A stretch of 64,000 nucleotides of DNA from an uncultured Chloroflexia bacterium (GCA_963713975.1 OY970218.1:896001-960000); one strand, 5' to 3'. Positions 29,251 to 41,526 are shown, counted from the first letter of the stretch. The notes: a model not told the origin generated them from the letters alone. A program made the numbers and translations.

Positions 29251-29720
29251 TCATCGACTCATCGGTGCTCGTCGCCACCATGCTGCGCGAGCCGGACGCC
29301 CAGGCGTTCGCGAGGGCGATCCGGGCGGCCGAGAGCCGCCGCATCTCCGCTGCGAGCTACGTCGAGCTGTGCGCTGTGATCGACGGCCGTCGAGACCCCG
29401 TCCTCTCGAGCGGGATCGACCAGGTGCTTCTCGCGTGGCACATCGAGATCGTGCCGTTCACCCCGCAGCAGGCGCGACTCGCCCGGGAGGCCCACCAGCG
29501 GTTCGGGCGCGGCTCAGGGCACCCGGCGCGGCTCAACATGGGCGACTGCTACTCGTACGCGCTGGCACGGGACCTCGGCGAGCCGCTCCTGTTCAAGGGC
29601 AGTGACTTCGCGCTGACCGATATCGAGCTGATCGTGGAGCCCGTGAAGAGCCGGCGCCTGAGCGAGATCGTCGCGGCGTACGCATCCATGTCGGAGGCGG
29701 CGCCGACACTGCAGCCCTAA
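29247..29720 (+). CDS. vapC: VapC PIN-domain toxin (VapC30-like)
   Basis: IIDSSVLVA...EP, ISAASYVE, GHPARLNMGDCYSYALA, LLFKGSDF. Confidence 0.92.
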   Translation: MIIDSSVLVATMLREPDAQAFARAIRAAESRRISAASYVELCAVIDGRRDPVLSSGIDQVLLAWHIEIVPFTPQQARLAREAHQRFGRGSGHPARLNMGDCYSYALARDLGEPLLFKGSDFALTDIELIVEPVKSRRLSEIVAAYASMSEAAPTLQP

Positions 29721-29726
29721 GCCTCG

Positions 29727-30086
29727 TCAGCCGCCCGACACGCAGAACTCGTTGCCCTCCGGGTCCGCCATCACGGTCCAGCGGACGCCCTCACCCATGG
29801 CGCGCTCCGCGATGAACGTCGCGCCGAGTGCCGTCAGCCGCTCGACCTCCGCGTCCATCGAGTCGCCCCGCAGGTCCAGGTGGACGCGGTTCTTGACGGT
29901 CTTGGCCTCGGGAACCTTCTGGAACAGGAGGGCCGGCCGCCCGATCGCGCGCTCCGCCGGTGCAATCGCCACGTACTGCTCGTTCACGTCGTGGCGGACG
30001 TAGTCCCCGAGGGCCGCGAGCCAGAAGGCGACGACGACCTCGTGATCCGCACAGTCGATGACGATCTCGCCGAGCTTTAGGGTCAT
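29727..30086 (-). CDS. VOC/glyoxalase family protein
   Basis: IVIDCAD, KNRVHLDL, VMADPEGNEFC; GGAGGAGG SD. Confidence 0.88.
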   Translation of the reverse strand: MTLKLGEIVIDCADHEVVVAFWLAALGDYVRHDVNEQYVAIAPAERAIGRPALLFQKVPEAKTVKNRVHLDLRGDSMDAEVERLTALGATFIAERAMGEGVRWTVMADPEGNEFCVSGG

Positions 30087-30122
30087 CGTGTGACCTCCTC
30101 CATGTCCAGGCACCGGCGCGCG

Positions 30123-32303
30123 CTACCGCCAGGCGGGCCTCGCGGCGTCGGGATACAGGCGGACACGCCGGTATGGCTCGCGACCCCGTGATCGCGAGAC
30201 CAGGTTCGCCCGCTCCGCCATCTGGTGCTGGAGGCGCCGGATGTAGGCGCTCTGGGGCGCCAGCTCCACCGGCTCCTGCTGCTTGACCACGAGCTCGATC
30301 GCCTGCTCCGTCTCCTGCAGCGCCGCCTCCCGGGGATCCACTTCGAGCGCGAACACGCTTGTCAGGGACAGCTGCATCTGCGCGATGGTGTTGGCCTTGA
30401 GGACGTAGATCGGGATGCCACGGTCCTCGGCGTCACGCAACGCCGGCGGCTTCTGGCGGTACTCGGAGCGCAGGGTCATCGCCACGTCGGCCTCCTCCGG
30501 CTCGCGGGCGATGATCACCGGCAGGCCGGTATCGCGGATGGCCTGCTCGAGGCGCTTGCGGCTGATCCCGTGGGGGAGGACCCGCAGCGTGGGCAGCGTC
30601 CCTCCCTCGACGGTCAGCGACGCGGTCCCAAAGGCAGCATCGTCGTCGTCGGCGTCCCCATACGTGGCGACGGCTTCACCGGGCACCATCAGCGCGATCC
30701 GCTCCTCCTCGGCCTCGAGGTCCGCCGCGTTGACCGGCCGCGTTCCCTCCTCCTCGTGGAGGGCGTTGAGCGCACGTGCCGCCTCGGCCCGCCACGCCTG
30801 CTGACGCGCAAGCTCGCGCGCGTCACGTGCCCGGACCTCCAGCGCCGCCGCAGCGACGCTCTCGGCCCGCTCCAAGGGCCCCCGGTCCGCGATGTCGCCG
30901 GCCACGAACGGCGCGCCGGGCGCGCCGCCCACAGGACCACCGGGCGAGCCACTCGGCCGGACGGCAAACCGCTCCCCCGGCATCGTCCCTACGTGCGCCG
31001 GTCGGTCTCCCTCCTGGCCGCGGGCCGCGCGCTCGGAGCCGCGATCTGATCCGCCACGCCCAGAGCGCCAGCCACCGGACTGTCCGGGCCGGAAGCCGGG
31101 CCGCGCCGGAAGTCGGTCCTCACCCGCGTACCCGCCCGTGCGGTATTGCGAGGCGCCACGCCAGCCCGGCTCCCGCCCCCAGGCTCCAGCTCCCGCCCCC
31201 GTGAGACCGCTGAACCGGTCGCCGGCTCCGGCCACACCACCCTCGCGTGCCGTCGGCCGGGGGCGCGACTGGGAGCGGTGCACGCCCTCCTCGTCGCGCC
31301 AGCGCTGCTCGGGCGAGACCGGCTCGCCCAGGAGCATGGCATCCACGGTCTGGGCGACGTCGGCGTGGACGAGGACCTTCTCCCGGTCCTGGATCTCGAC
31401 GATCACGTCGAACGTCGGGGGCTGCTTCCGCTCCAGGACGCTCTTCTGCGAGCGTCGACGGCGGGCCTCCTCGTCACCCAGGGTCACTGACTGGATGCCG
31501 CCGATCAGATCCGACAGCGTCGGGTTGAGCATCAGGTTGTCGAGGTTGTTGCCGTGCGCGGTCCCGATCAGCTGCACGCCGCGCTCGGCGATCGTCCTGG
31601 CCGCCTGAGCCTCGAGCTCCGTCCCGATCTCGTCGATGACGATCACCTCGGGCATGTGGTTCTCGACCGCCTCGATCATCACCTCGTGCTGGAGGCTGGG
31701 CGTCCGCACCTGCATCCGGCGTGCCTTCCCGATCGCCGGGTGGGGGATGTCCCCGTCGCCCGCGATCTCGTTCGAGGTGTCGACCACCACCACGCGCTTG
31801 CGCTGCTCGTCCGCCAGCACCCGGGCGGCCTCGCGCAGCATCGTGGTCTTGCCGATGCCGGGGCGGCCCATGATCAGGATCGACTTCCCCGTCTCCACGA
31901 AGTCCGAGATGATCTCAATCGTCCCGTAGACCGAGCGTCCGATCCGGCACGTCAGGCCGACGATCTTGCCGCTCCGGTTGCGGATCGCGCTGATCCGGTG
32001 GAGCGTCCGCTCGATGCCCGCCCGGTTGTCGTCTCCGAAGCTCCCGATGTGGTCGACGACGTGGGCGATGTCGTGGTCGGAGACCTCGCGCTCGAGGAGC
32101 GTGACCTCGCTGGACGGGTAGCGCGCCTCGGGCTGCCGGCCCAGGTCCAGCACCACCTCGATCAGGGCCTCGCGATCGGGCAGGGCCGTGACGGCCGCGA
32201 CGATCTCCGGTGGCAGTGCCGCGAGCAGGACGTCGAGGTCGTCGGCGGTTGCCTGCTGCCGGTCCTGGGATCCCACGCTGGCGGTCCTCCGTTCCTCCGT
32301 CAT
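30123..32303 (-). CDS. Ycf45/SpoIIIAA-like AAA ATPase with C-terminal R3H domain
   Basis: [37 protein letters not shown]; RRLQH R3H motif. Confidence 0.88.
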   Translation of the reverse strand: MTEERRTASVGSQDRQQATADDLDVLLAALPPEIVAAVTALPDREALIEVVLDLGRQPEARYPSSEVTLLEREVSDHDIAHVVDHIGSFGDDNRAGIERTLHRISAIRNRSGKIVGLTCRIGRSVYGTIEIISDFVETGKSILIMGRPGIGKTTMLREAARVLADEQRKRVVVVDTSNEIAGDGDIPHPAIGKARRMQVRTPSLQHEVMIEAVENHMPEVIVIDEIGTELEAQAARTIAERGVQLIGTAHGNNLDNLMLNPTLSDLIGGIQSVTLGDEEARRRRSQKSVLERKQPPTFDVIVEIQDREKVLVHADVAQTVDAMLLGEPVSPEQRWRDEEGVHRSQSRPRPTAREGGVAGAGDRFSGLTGAGAGAWGREPGWRGASQYRTGGYAGEDRLPARPGFRPGQSGGWRSGRGGSDRGSERAARGQEGDRPAHVGTMPGERFAVRPSGSPGGPVGGAPGAPFVAGDIADRGPLERAESVAAAALEVRARDARELARQQAWRAEAARALNALHEEEGTRPVNAADLEAEEERIALMVPGEAVATYGDADDDDAAFGTASLTVEGGTLPTLRVLPHGISRKRLEQAIRDTGLPVIIAREPEEADVAMTLRSEYRQKPPALRDAEDRGIPIYVLKANTIAQMQLSLTSVFALEVDPREAALQETEQAIELVVKQQEPVELAPQSAYIRRLQHQMAERANLVSRSRGREPYRRVRLYPDAARPAWR

Positions 32304-33343
32304 CGCACGCCGGCCGGCACGAGGCGCGGTTCGGCGACGCGGACGAGGGTTTCCTTTATCAGGAGCGTGACGGTGGCAATCGAGCCGAACCCCTCCTCCT
32401 CGAGCCGGCGGTCGATCGGGGACTCGTACGTACGCACCGGTGCGAGAACGCCCTGGTGCCGTGCCGCGACGTCAACGCGCGCCGAGATCACCCCCAGGGC
32501 ATACCGCAGGAGCGGGACGACATCGGCCTCGGGGCGCGCCAGCACCTTGAGGTAGTGCGGCTGGTCCTCCTTCGCGACACCCACCTGGACGAAGGCGTCG
32601 AGCTGCGTCCCGTCCTTGCCACCATCAGGCGCCGCGAGGACGAACGCGTCCATGTCGGCGAAGCGCAGGATCGGCGCCAGGGAGCTGCGCGGCACGCGCG
32701 AGTCGCGGCCTTGCCGTTCCCAGTCGGACAGCCGCAGCGCCTCCAGGCGCTGGACCGGCGCGGGAGTCACAGTGGTGTAGAGGCGCGAGATGGCGAGGGC
32801 GTCCTGCGGCCGCGCCACGCGGATCCCGAACGAGCCCGCCTCGCCCTCGTCCATCGGGGCCGGCAGCGCGCTCCCGGGCTCCCGGAACAGGAGCCGCTCG
32901 TCGCCGTACCGGACGAACCCCGCCTGCATGAACAGCTCCACGTTGTCGTCGGCATCGATGCACGCCACGTGGAACCGGACTGCGCCTCGCTTCGCTCCAT
33001 CGCGCAGCAGGTGCTGCACCAGCCGGAACCGGACGTCGCCGGCGTCGAGATCGCCCACCGCGTCGAGCTCCACCACCGTCCACTCGTCGCGCGTGCTGTC
33101 GCGCTCCACGCGCATCAGGCCCGCGACGTGGCCGTCGCGATCGAACACGTACATGACGTCGTGGGGCGTGAACATCCCCAACGGCAGCCGGAACAGGCTG
33201 AACACGCCGATGCGCGGGCCGGACACGGGCAGGCCCAAGGACCGGGTCCCCTCCCCGTCGGCCTGGGCCAGCCGCGAGAGCTCGCCCAGCGCGGCCAGAT
33301 CGGTCAGGCGGGCCGCCCGCACCTTCCCAGAGCTTCGAGCCAC
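32300..33343 (-). CDS. hypothetical protein, probable tandem GNAT fold
   Basis: Two 'vR.Ar..Dl.al..L' starts; LFMQAGF and LEEEGF motifs. Confidence 0.6.
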   Translation of the reverse strand: MARSSGKVRAARLTDLAALGELSRLAQADGEGTRSLGLPVSGPRIGVFSLFRLPLGMFTPHDVMYVFDRDGHVAGLMRVERDSTRDEWTVVELDAVGDLDAGDVRFRLVQHLLRDGAKRGAVRFHVACIDADDNVELFMQAGFVRYGDERLLFREPGSALPAPMDEGEAGSFGIRVARPQDALAISRLYTTVTPAPVQRLEALRLSDWERQGRDSRVPRSSLAPILRFADMDAFVLAAPDGGKDGTQLDAFVQVGVAKEDQPHYLKVLARPEADVVPLLRYALGVISARVDVAARHQGVLAPVRTYESPIDRRLEEEGFGSIATVTLLIKETLVRVAEPRLVPAGVR

Positions 33344-33350
33344 GGTCGCC

Positions 33351-33989
33351 TCACCATCCCTGCTGACTGCGGCGCGTCGGGTACGGGCGGCGCCCGACGC
33401 CCTCGCCGGGATCGGCGTGCTCGGCCGCCATCGTCGCGATCAGGCGGTGGAAGCGGGTCTCACCCGCGAGCTCGGGGTGGAAGGACGTGGCGATGACGTT
33501 CCGCTCCCGGACGGCGACGACCCGCCCGTCGTCGAGCCTCGCGAGCACGTCCACGTCCGGCCCGACACGCTCGATCACGGGTGCGCGGATGAACACGGCG
33601 TGCACCGGTGTGTCCCCGAGCAGGGGCACGGAGAGATCCATCTCGAACGAGTCGAGCTGGCGGCCGAAGGCGTTGCGCTCCACCGTCACGTCCAGCAGCG
33701 GCAGGACGGGCTCCTCGCCGCCGGCGATCTCGCGGGCGAGGAGGATCATCCCGGCGCACGTCCCGAACACGGGCGTGCCGCCCGCGGCCAGCTCCAGGAT
33801 CGGGGCGCGCAGCGCCCAGCGGTCGATGAGCTTGCGCATCGTCGTGCTCTCGCCGCCGGGCAGGATCAGGCCATCGATGTCGTCCAGGTGTGCGGGCAGG
33901 CGGACCTCCACCGCCTCCACGCCGATCGAGCGCAGGGCAGCCAGGTGCTCCGCGAACGCCCCCTGGAGGGCGAGGACGCCGATCCTCAT
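33351..33989 (-). CDS. pdxT: PLP synthase glutaminase subunit
   Basis: GVLALQG, PGGESTT, GTCAG, RNAFGRQ, FIRAP, FHPEL. Confidence 0.96.
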   Translation of the reverse strand: MRIGVLALQGAFAEHLAALRSIGVEAVEVRLPAHLDDIDGLILPGGESTTMRKLIDRWALRAPILELAAGGTPVFGTCAGMILLAREIAGGEEPVLPLLDVTVERNAFGRQLDSFEMDLSVPLLGDTPVHAVFIRAPVIERVGPDVDVLARLDDGRVVAVRERNVIATSFHPELAGETRFHRLIATMAAEHADPGEGVGRRPYPTRRSQQGW

Positions 33990-34017
33990 CGCGCCGGCTC
34001 CGTGCCGAGCGTTCCGC

Positions 34018-34902
34018 CTACCAGCCGCGGACCGCCAGCCGCTCGTGTTCGGGGATCGCCTCCATGGCGATGCCCCGCATCGGTGCCCCAAGGCCCTTGG
34101 AGACCTCGGCGATGATCGTGGCGTCCTGGAAGTGCGTGGTCGCCTGGACGATGGCGTTGGCCATGCGGGCCGGATCCTCGGCCTTGAAGATCCCGGAGCC
34201 CACGAACACGCCCTCGGCGCCCAACTGCATCACGAGCGCGGCATCGGCCGGGGTGCTGATCCCGCCGGCCACGAAGTTGACCACCGGGAGCCTGCCGTTG
34301 GCCGCCACGTCCCGGACCAGCTCGTACGGTGCCTGGAGCTCCTTGGCGGCGACGAACAGCTCGTCCTCGCGCATGTGCTGGAGCCGGCGGATCTCGGCCA
34401 GCACGTCGCGCAGCTGGTGGACAGCCTCCACGACGTTGCCTGTGCCGGCCTCGCCCTTGGTCCGCATCATCGCCGCGCCCTCGTTGATCCGGCGCAGGGC
34501 CTCGCCCAGGTTCCGGCAGCCGCAGACGAAAGGGATCTTGAACGCGTGCTTGTCGATGTGGTTCCGCTCGTCGGCCGGGGTCAGCACCTCCGACTCGTCG
34601 ACGTAGTCCACGCCCAGGGCCTCGAGGACCTGCGCCTCGACGAAGTGCCCGATGCGGGCCTTGGCCATGACGGGGATGCTGACCGCCGCCATGATCCCCG
34701 TGATCATCTCGGGATCCGACATGCGGGCGACGCCGCCGGCCGCGCGGATGTCGGACGGCACGCGCTCGAGCGCCATCACGGCGACGGCACCGGCGTCTTC
34801 GGCGATCTTGGCCTGCTCGGGGGTGACGACGTCCATGATGACGCCGCCCTTGAGCATCTGGGCGAGGCCCTTCTTGGTGGCCCAGGTGGAGGTTTCGGTC
34901 AT
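34018..34902 (-). CDS. pdxS: PLP synthase lyase subunit
   Basis: [44 protein letters not shown]. Confidence 0.97.
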   Translation of the reverse strand: MTETSTWATKKGLAQMLKGGVIMDVVTPEQAKIAEDAGAVAVMALERVPSDIRAAGGVARMSDPEMITGIMAAVSIPVMAKARIGHFVEAQVLEALGVDYVDESEVLTPADERNHIDKHAFKIPFVCGCRNLGEALRRINEGAAMMRTKGEAGTGNVVEAVHQLRDVLAEIRRLQHMREDELFVAAKELQAPYELVRDVAANGRLPVVNFVAGGISTPADAALVMQLGAEGVFVGSGIFKAEDPARMANAIVQATTHFQDATIIAEVSKGLGAPMRGIAMEAIPEHERLAVRGW

Positions 34903-35043
34903 GGTTGTTGGGCTCTCCGGGAGGACGCGAGTGGTCGGCCGGCCAAGCTTGCCGCGGGGTCGTCGCCCGTTCGAGCCGGTTCGGTCCGACGTCACGCCCT
35001 GATTATCGCACGACGGCCCGGGTGGCCCAACCGGACGCGCTCG

Positions 35044-35787
35044 CTAGCGGACCAGCGTCCTGACCACGCCGGACATGAGCGTCGTGGCGCGGCGGGCCGA
35101 CGTCGGAGACAGGCGGCTCAGCGCCTCCACGAGGCCGAGCACGTCCTCGTCCGGGAGGCCGTCCAGCAGCCTGACCAGGCGCAGGATCGTGTCGTCGGGC
35201 ACCTCGCCCAGGAGCCGGACGGCGCGCTCGAGCTCGGTGGGCTCCAGGCGGCTGACGATGCCGACCGCACGGTCGAACAGGCGGACGAAGATGAGGAAGG
35301 TCGCCAGCCATTCGCGCAGGCGCACCAGCTCGGGCTCGCTCGGGTGCAGCACGAGCGCCTCGTTCGCGTCCGCCAGCGTCCGCTCCAAGACCACGATGAT
35401 CGGATCTCCCTCGCGGACCTTTCGCTCGGCGACCACGCGGCCGAACCAGCGCCAGTGATCCCCGACGGCCATGTAGGCGGTGCCGGCAGGCCCGCGGCGG
35501 CCGACCCGGCGGGGCTCGGCGACACGCTCCACCAGGCCCCATGCCTCGGCCTCGGCGAGCGCGAGGCTGGCGGCGCGGTGGCTCAGACCGAGGGCCTCGC
35601 GGACCTCCCGCTCCGTGAGTGGCTCGCCGCGTGCCATGAGATACGCATGGACGCGCGCGATCGCTGGAGCGACGCCCCACGCGGCACCCATCTCGCCCCA
35701 GGCGTTGGCCAGCTCGAGCCGGATCTCCTCCGCGATAGGCGAGGTCGCGCGCCTGCCGGGCGGGTTCGCGAGAGCGGCATCGGTCAC
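35044..35787 (-). CDS. GbsR/MarR-type transcriptional regulator
   Basis: WGEMGAAWGV...ARVHAYL...PLT..E....LGLS..AS..L....WGLV wHTH pattern. Confidence 0.78.
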   Translation of the reverse strand: MTDAALANPPGRRATSPIAEEIRLELANAWGEMGAAWGVAPAIARVHAYLMARGEPLTEREVREALGLSHRAASLALAEAEAWGLVERVAEPRRVGRRGPAGTAYMAVGDHWRWFGRVVAERKVREGDPIIVVLERTLADANEALVLHPSEPELVRLREWLATFLIFVRLFDRAVGIVSRLEPTELERAVRLLGEVPDDTILRLVRLLDGLPDEDVLGLVEALSRLSPTSARRATTLMSGVVRTLVR

Positions 35788-35845
35788 GCAGCCATCCTAA
35801 CCCGGCCGAATGAAACCTGTCCCTGTCCGATAGCCGATTTCGGGT

Positions 35846-36307
35846 TCAGCCGCCGCCGAACAGGATCTCCCCGACCAATCGGAACGGATCCTGCGCGGGA
35901 TCGATGGCGGTAGTGCAGGACGCAAGGACGACCGGCTCCGGCGCGACCGCGAACGTGTAGACCTCCTCCTGGCCGTCGAAGTTCTTCGGGCACTCGCCCT
36001 CGAACGGCCGGGCGAGGATCGCGTCCCAGTCGGCGTCTTCCACCTGCGACGTGAGGAGCGCCAGCGTCTGGGCGTCCACGGTCTGTGCCGTGCCATCGCT
36101 GCGGACCACCGTGCCGTCGCGCAGGATGTCGGCCCTGAAGCCGCACGGGCCCTGTGGGCACTCCCCGCCGCTGGCCTCGTAGGTCACCAGGGCCGGGTTG
36201 AACGCCTCGGGGACGATCCCCGGCGGGAGGAGGCCGCACGCACCGAGTGCGGCGGCGATCAACAGGGCCAGCGCGAAGCGCGCGGCCAAGCGAACGATAC
36301 TGGGCAT
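35846..36307 (-). CDS. hypothetical lipoprotein
   Basis: Signal peptide with LGAC lipobox; CPQGPC and two further Cys. Confidence 0.65.
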   Translation of the reverse strand: MPSIVRLAARFALALLIAAALGACGLLPPGIVPEAFNPALVTYEASGGECPQGPCGFRADILRDGTVVRSDGTAQTVDAQTLALLTSQVEDADWDAILARPFEGECPKNFDGQEEVYTFAVAPEPVVLASCTTAIDPAQDPFRLVGEILFGGG

Positions 36308-36365
36308 GGGGTGCGGACGTCCGATACCCCCGGCGGGTTCCCCCGGCGGAGGTATCGTTCGAGCG

Positions 36366-37442
36366 ATGCCCACGCCCGCCCTTGATCCTGCTGCCCTCGA
36401 GTGCGCCTTTGGCGTCGCCTCCGCCCAGGTCCGGACCGGCACCGTCCCGTTCGTGATCCTCGGCGTGGCCAACGGGGAGGGCACGATCCGGCTCGAGGCG
36501 GTCCCGCCGCTGGACGGGCCGCGGATCGGGACGAATGCCGTGTGCCTGCTGGCGTCGATCACGAAGCCCATCGTCTCGACCGCCGTGATGCGGCTGGCCT
36601 CGGAGGGCCGCTTCCCGCTGACGGCGCCCCTGTCGCGGTGGCTGCCGGAGCTCGACCATGCCGGCCTTGCGCCGTTCACGGCCTGGCATGTCATGACCCA
36701 TACGACGGGGATCGCGGACATCGATCTCGAGGAGCTGCTCCTCGCGGGCGGCGACCGCGCCGAGCTCCTGCGGCAGACGATCGCCTCCGGACAGGTGGCG
36801 GTGCCCGGCAGCCGGTTCCAGTACGCGTCCTTCACGTTCGACCTCCTCGCCGAAGCGGTCGAGCGGGCACTGGACCGGCCGCTTGAGGAGCTGCTCCGCG
36901 AGCAGGTGCTCGTATCGCTGGGGATGACGGACACGGGCTTCTCGCCGCCCGCAGCAGCGGACCGGGCGGCACCGATCGCCGTCGGCGCATGGGACGGTAC
37001 CCGGCGCGCCCTTGACCTGGGGGTTGACTCCGCAGAGATGGTCGCGGCCTACTCGGCCCTGCGACTTGCCGGCGGCGGCCTGTGGAGCAGCGCCCACGAC
37101 CTGCTGCGCTTCGGGCGCGCGATGGTGCGCGGCGGCGAGCTGGACGGCATGCGGGTCCTGGGCCGGTCGGCCTTGGGACTGATGACGCGCGAGGTCACGG
37201 TGAACGGACTTGGCGCCGCGGTGGACCGGCTTGCGGACGACCACTACGCGATCGGCTGGGGGAAGCCCGGCACCGCATCGTCGGGGTCGCCGTCGGCATT
37301 CGGGCATGGGGGCATCTCGGGAACCCGGCTGTGGATCGACCCGGACGAGGACCTGGTCTTCGTCTACCTCACTGGCGTCTGGGGGCTCGAGCCAAGGTTG
37401 ATCGACGACGTGCTGCTCGCCGTGTACGGGGCGCTGGAGTAG
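36366..37442 (+). CDS. serine hydrolase, beta-lactamase (class C-like) family
   Basis: ASITK (SxxK), THTTG, PG.RFQY, LGMTDT, AGGGLWS, FGHGG. Confidence 0.88.
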   Translation: MPTPALDPAALECAFGVASAQVRTGTVPFVILGVANGEGTIRLEAVPPLDGPRIGTNAVCLLASITKPIVSTAVMRLASEGRFPLTAPLSRWLPELDHAGLAPFTAWHVMTHTTGIADIDLEELLLAGGDRAELLRQTIASGQVAVPGSRFQYASFTFDLLAEAVERALDRPLEELLREQVLVSLGMTDTGFSPPAAADRAAPIAVGAWDGTRRALDLGVDSAEMVAAYSALRLAGGGLWSSAHDLLRFGRAMVRGGELDGMRVLGRSALGLMTREVTVNGLGAAVDRLADDHYAIGWGKPGTASSGSPSAFGHGGISGTRLWIDPDEDLVFVYLTGVWGLEPRLIDDVLLAVYGALE

Positions 37443-37494
37443 TAGGCCCTGAACGCTCCGGCGCAAGCCGGCGCATCACCCCCAGGCGGGAGCG

Positions 37495-37869
37495 CTACGG
37501 CTTCGGCTCGAGGACGAACAGGTCGCCCCAGTCGGCGCGCTCGGCCACCCGGCCCATCTTGGCCCGCATCTCGGCGAGCGCGGCAGGCCGGTCCTCGTCG
37601 GCCACCAGCCCGCCCAGGTACCGCCGCTCGACGCCCTTGATCGAGAAGGTGACCGCTGGATCGGCTTTCAGGTTGGCCGTCCAGCCCCGGTTCACCGGAC
37701 TGCCGGATCCGATCAGGATCGTGCCATCGGGACGCGCAACGAACCCGAGTGGCGCCTGACGCGGCAACCCGGTCCTCGCTCCGGTGGAACCGAGGATCCC
37801 GATCCGCCCGGACCTGGCCATGAGCGTGCCGCCGAGAGCATTGAAGGTCCGGGTGAGTCGATTGGACAC
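37495..37869 (-). CDS. deazaflavin (F420)-dependent nitroreductase family protein
   Basis: TGARTGLPR..PL, W..NLKADP.V. Confidence 0.72.
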   Translation of the reverse strand: MSNRLTRTFNALGGTLMARSGRIGILGSTGARTGLPRQAPLGFVARPDGTILIGSGSPVNRGWTANLKADPAVTFSIKGVERRYLGGLVADEDRPAALAEMRAKMGRVAERADWGDLFVLEPKP

Positions 37870-37958
37870 GGGTGCTCCTTGGACGGCCGACGGTCGATGC
37901 TGGCCCTATTCGACACCATGTGCCGCTCCGATGCCACGAGGCCGCTGTGGCGGACCCC

Positions 37959-38036
37959 TTGACACCGGTCCCTCGAGTGCTACGCTGCCGATTGAGCGCA
38001 CACATGAGCGGCTCTCCTGCTCGGATGTGCAGTCAA
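37959..38036 (+). promoter_or_regulatory. sigma70-type promoter and imperfect inverted-repeat operator of BMC operon
   Basis: TTGACA 37959, TG-c-TACGCT 37978-37986; arms 37992-38009 and 38019-38036 match 13/18. Confidence 0.65.
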
Positions 38037-38046
38037 CGGAGAGGCA

Positions 38047-39021
38047 GTGCTCGCAGTCCGGCGTCGGGGTACCAGCGACGTGCGACTCATGGTGCGGATC
38101 GCACAGCTGTACTACCGCATGCACCTCAGCCAGGCGGAGATCGGTGAGCGGCTGGGCCTCAGCCGCTTTCAGGTGGGCCGGCTGCTGGATCGCGCGGTCG
38201 AGGAATCCATCGTCCGGATCGAGATCGTGCATCCGACGGCTCGTCTCGTGGACCTCGAGGACGCCCTGGTCGCCCACTTCGCACTGGACGCGGCCGTCGT
38301 GGCCGACGTTCCCGCCGCGGCCGCCGGAGACGTCGCCGACGACCTTGCCCGCGATGCCGTGGCCACAGCGGCCGTGGACCTGCTCGCCAGATACCGGCCG
38401 ACAGGGTCCATCGCCGTCTCCTGGGGCCGCACCATGCTCGCGGTCGCGCGCCGGCTCCCGATGGACTGGACACAGGCGACCGAGATCGTGCAGCTCAACG
38501 GAGCGGCCAGCCGCTCGACCCAGCCGACCCGTGCGAACGAGATCCTCGAGCGGTTCGCCGCAACGTCCGGAGCGACGTTCCGGGGCCTGGCCGCCCCGGC
38601 GATCGTTGGCTCCACCGACCTGCGGGACGCGCTGATGGCAGATCCCGCAATCAGCGAGACGATCGATGCCGCGAGGTCCGCCCCGTCCGCGGTGTTCGGC
38701 CTGGGCATCCCTGCGGCGGACAGCCCGCACCTCGCTTCGGGCTTCGTCGACGAGCCGGAGCAGGTGCGCCTCCGCGAGCGGGGTGCGGTGGGCGACGTGA
38801 TCGGCCGCTTCCTCGATGCCGACGGCGCCATCGCCTGGCCCAAGCTCAACCGCCGGACGGTGGGCCTGCCGCTGGGGGACCTGCGGGCCAAGCCGTTCCG
38901 GATGGGTGTGGCCGCCGGGGCGGGCCGCGGGCCGATCGCACTCGCCGCGATCCGGGCCGGTGTCGTGAACGTCCTCGCCTGCGACGACGCAACCGCGGAG
39001 TGGGTGCTCAACCGTGGCTGA
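38047..39021 (+). CDS. SorC/DeoR/LsrR-type sugar-binding transcriptional regulator
   Basis: AQLYY..HLSQAEIGERLGLSR..V.RLL; VSWGRT; GAVGDV.GRF; VLACDD. Confidence 0.9.
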   Translation: MLAVRRRGTSDVRLMVRIAQLYYRMHLSQAEIGERLGLSRFQVGRLLDRAVEESIVRIEIVHPTARLVDLEDALVAHFALDAAVVADVPAAAAGDVADDLARDAVATAAVDLLARYRPTGSIAVSWGRTMLAVARRLPMDWTQATEIVQLNGAASRSTQPTRANEILERFAATSGATFRGLAAPAIVGSTDLRDALMADPAISETIDAARSAPSAVFGLGIPAADSPHLASGFVDEPEQVRLRERGAVGDVIGRFLDADGAIAWPKLNRRTVGLPLGDLRAKPFRMGVAAGAGRGPIALAAIRAGVVNVLACDDATAEWVLNRG

Positions 39022-39645
39022 GCGACGCCTTCCCGACGAGATCGTGATCCGCCAGCTGGTGGAGCGCGCGCTCGAGGGATTCGAGGCGGGCTCGGAGCCG
39101 CCGCGGGCGGATACTGCAGCAGGCACCAGCGCGCCCGCGGGCGCACCCACCGCCGTGGCCCCGGCAGGCGACGCGAAGTCCGTCGCCATCGGCGCCGATC
39201 ACGGCGGGTTCGCCCTCAAGGCCGTGCTCGTGAAGCACCTGACCGACGCGGGCTTTGGCGTAACCGACTGCGGAACGAACGGTCCCGGGGCCGTGGACTA
39301 CCCGGACTTCGCCCACGTCGTGGCCCGGCTCGTCGCGTCCGGTGCCTGCGCCACGGGGATCATGATCGACGGAGCCGGGATCGGCTCCGCCATGACCGCG
39401 AACAAGGTCCCGGGCGTCCGTGCGGCAAATGCGCACGACACCTCCATGGCTCGCAACGCCCGTGAGCACAACTACGCCAACGTGGTGACCCTGGGCGCGC
39501 GCATGATCGGCGAGGGACTGGCCCTCGAGATCGCCGACACGTTCCTCGCCACCCCGTGGGGCGCAGAGCGGCACGGCACGCGTGTGGCCAAGATCACCGA
39601 TATCGAGCAGCGCTACAGCAGGCCCCAGGCAGAGGAACCCCAGCG

Positions 39646-39649
<4 letters not shown>
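39014..39649 (+). CDS. rpiB: ribose-5-phosphate isomerase B with N-terminal encapsulation peptide
   Basis: [41 protein letters not shown]. Confidence 0.9.
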
Positions 39650-40519
<870 letters not shown>

Positions 40520-40533
<14 letters not shown>

Positions 40534-41149
40534 CCTCAGGGCGTACGTGTACCTGGACAGCCTCCAGGCCCAGTACGCCGCGTTCCTGGGTACGGTGGCC
40601 CAGGGCTTCCTGCCGCTCCCGGGCGACGCATCGCTATACATCGAGGTCTCGCCGGGCATCGAGATCAACCGGCTGACGGACATCGCGCTCAAGAGCACGT
40701 CCGTCAAGCCGGGCATGCAGATCATCGAGCGGTTCTTCGGCCTGCTGGAGATCCACTCGCCATCGCAGGCGGAGGTGCGGGCGGCGGGCGCCGCGATCCT
40801 GGCGGAGCTCGAGCTGGCGGAGACCGACCGGATCAAGCCGCGAATCCTGTCGAGCCAGATCATCCGGCGCATCGACGACCACCAGGCCCAGCTGATCAAC
40901 CGAACCCGTCACGGGCAGATGATCATCGGCGGGCAGACGCTGTACGTGCTGGAGATGGAGCCCGCGGCCTACGCGCCGCTGGCCGCCAACGAGGCCGAGA
41001 AGGCCGCCAAGATCAACATCCTCGAGGTCCGGTCGTTCGGCTCGATGGGCCGCGTGTACCTGGGCGGCGAGGAGGCCGACATCGATGTGGGCTGGCGTGC
41101 CGCCGTGGCGGCCATCGAGGCCATCGATGGCCGTGAGGCCAAGGCGTAG
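40520..41149 (+). CDS. BMC-T shell protein, stacking permuted type (CcmP/CsoS1D-like)
   Basis: [52 protein letters not shown]. Confidence 0.9.
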
Positions 41150-41220
41150 GAACGATCACCAACGACAGACCGGCGGCCACCCGGCCGGCCGGAGCACACA
41201 CCGATACGGGAGAGGGTCCG

Positions 41221-41526
41221 ATGGCAGACGCACTGGGAATGATCGAGGCACGCGGCTTCGCCGCGGTGGTCGAGGCGGCGGACGCGATGGTCAAGGCCGC
41301 CAAGGTTGACCTCGTGGGCTACGAGAAGACCGGCGGCGGGTACGTGACGGCCGTCGTGCGGGGCGATGTCGCCGCGGTCAAGGCAGCCGTCGAGGCGGGC
41401 GCCCGCAGCGCCGCCAAGGTGGGTGAGGTCGTCGCGACCCACGTGATCGCCCGGCCGCACGCCAACGTGGACACTGTGCTGCCGCTGGGTCGCGCGGACG
41501 AGGCCAAGGCGGAGCTCGGCGGCTGA
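41221..41526 (+). CDS. BMC-H hexamer shell protein
   Basis: [34 protein letters not shown]. Confidence 0.96.
   Translation: MADALGMIEARGFAAVVEAADAMVKAAKVDLVGYEKTGGGYVTAVVRGDVAAVKAAVEAGARSAAKVGEVVATHVIARPHANVDTVLPLGRADEAKAELGG

Noticed and set aside
36366-37442. Antibiotic-resistance beta-lactamase
   Set aside because: No signal peptide and generic esterase-type motifs; resistance cannot be inferred
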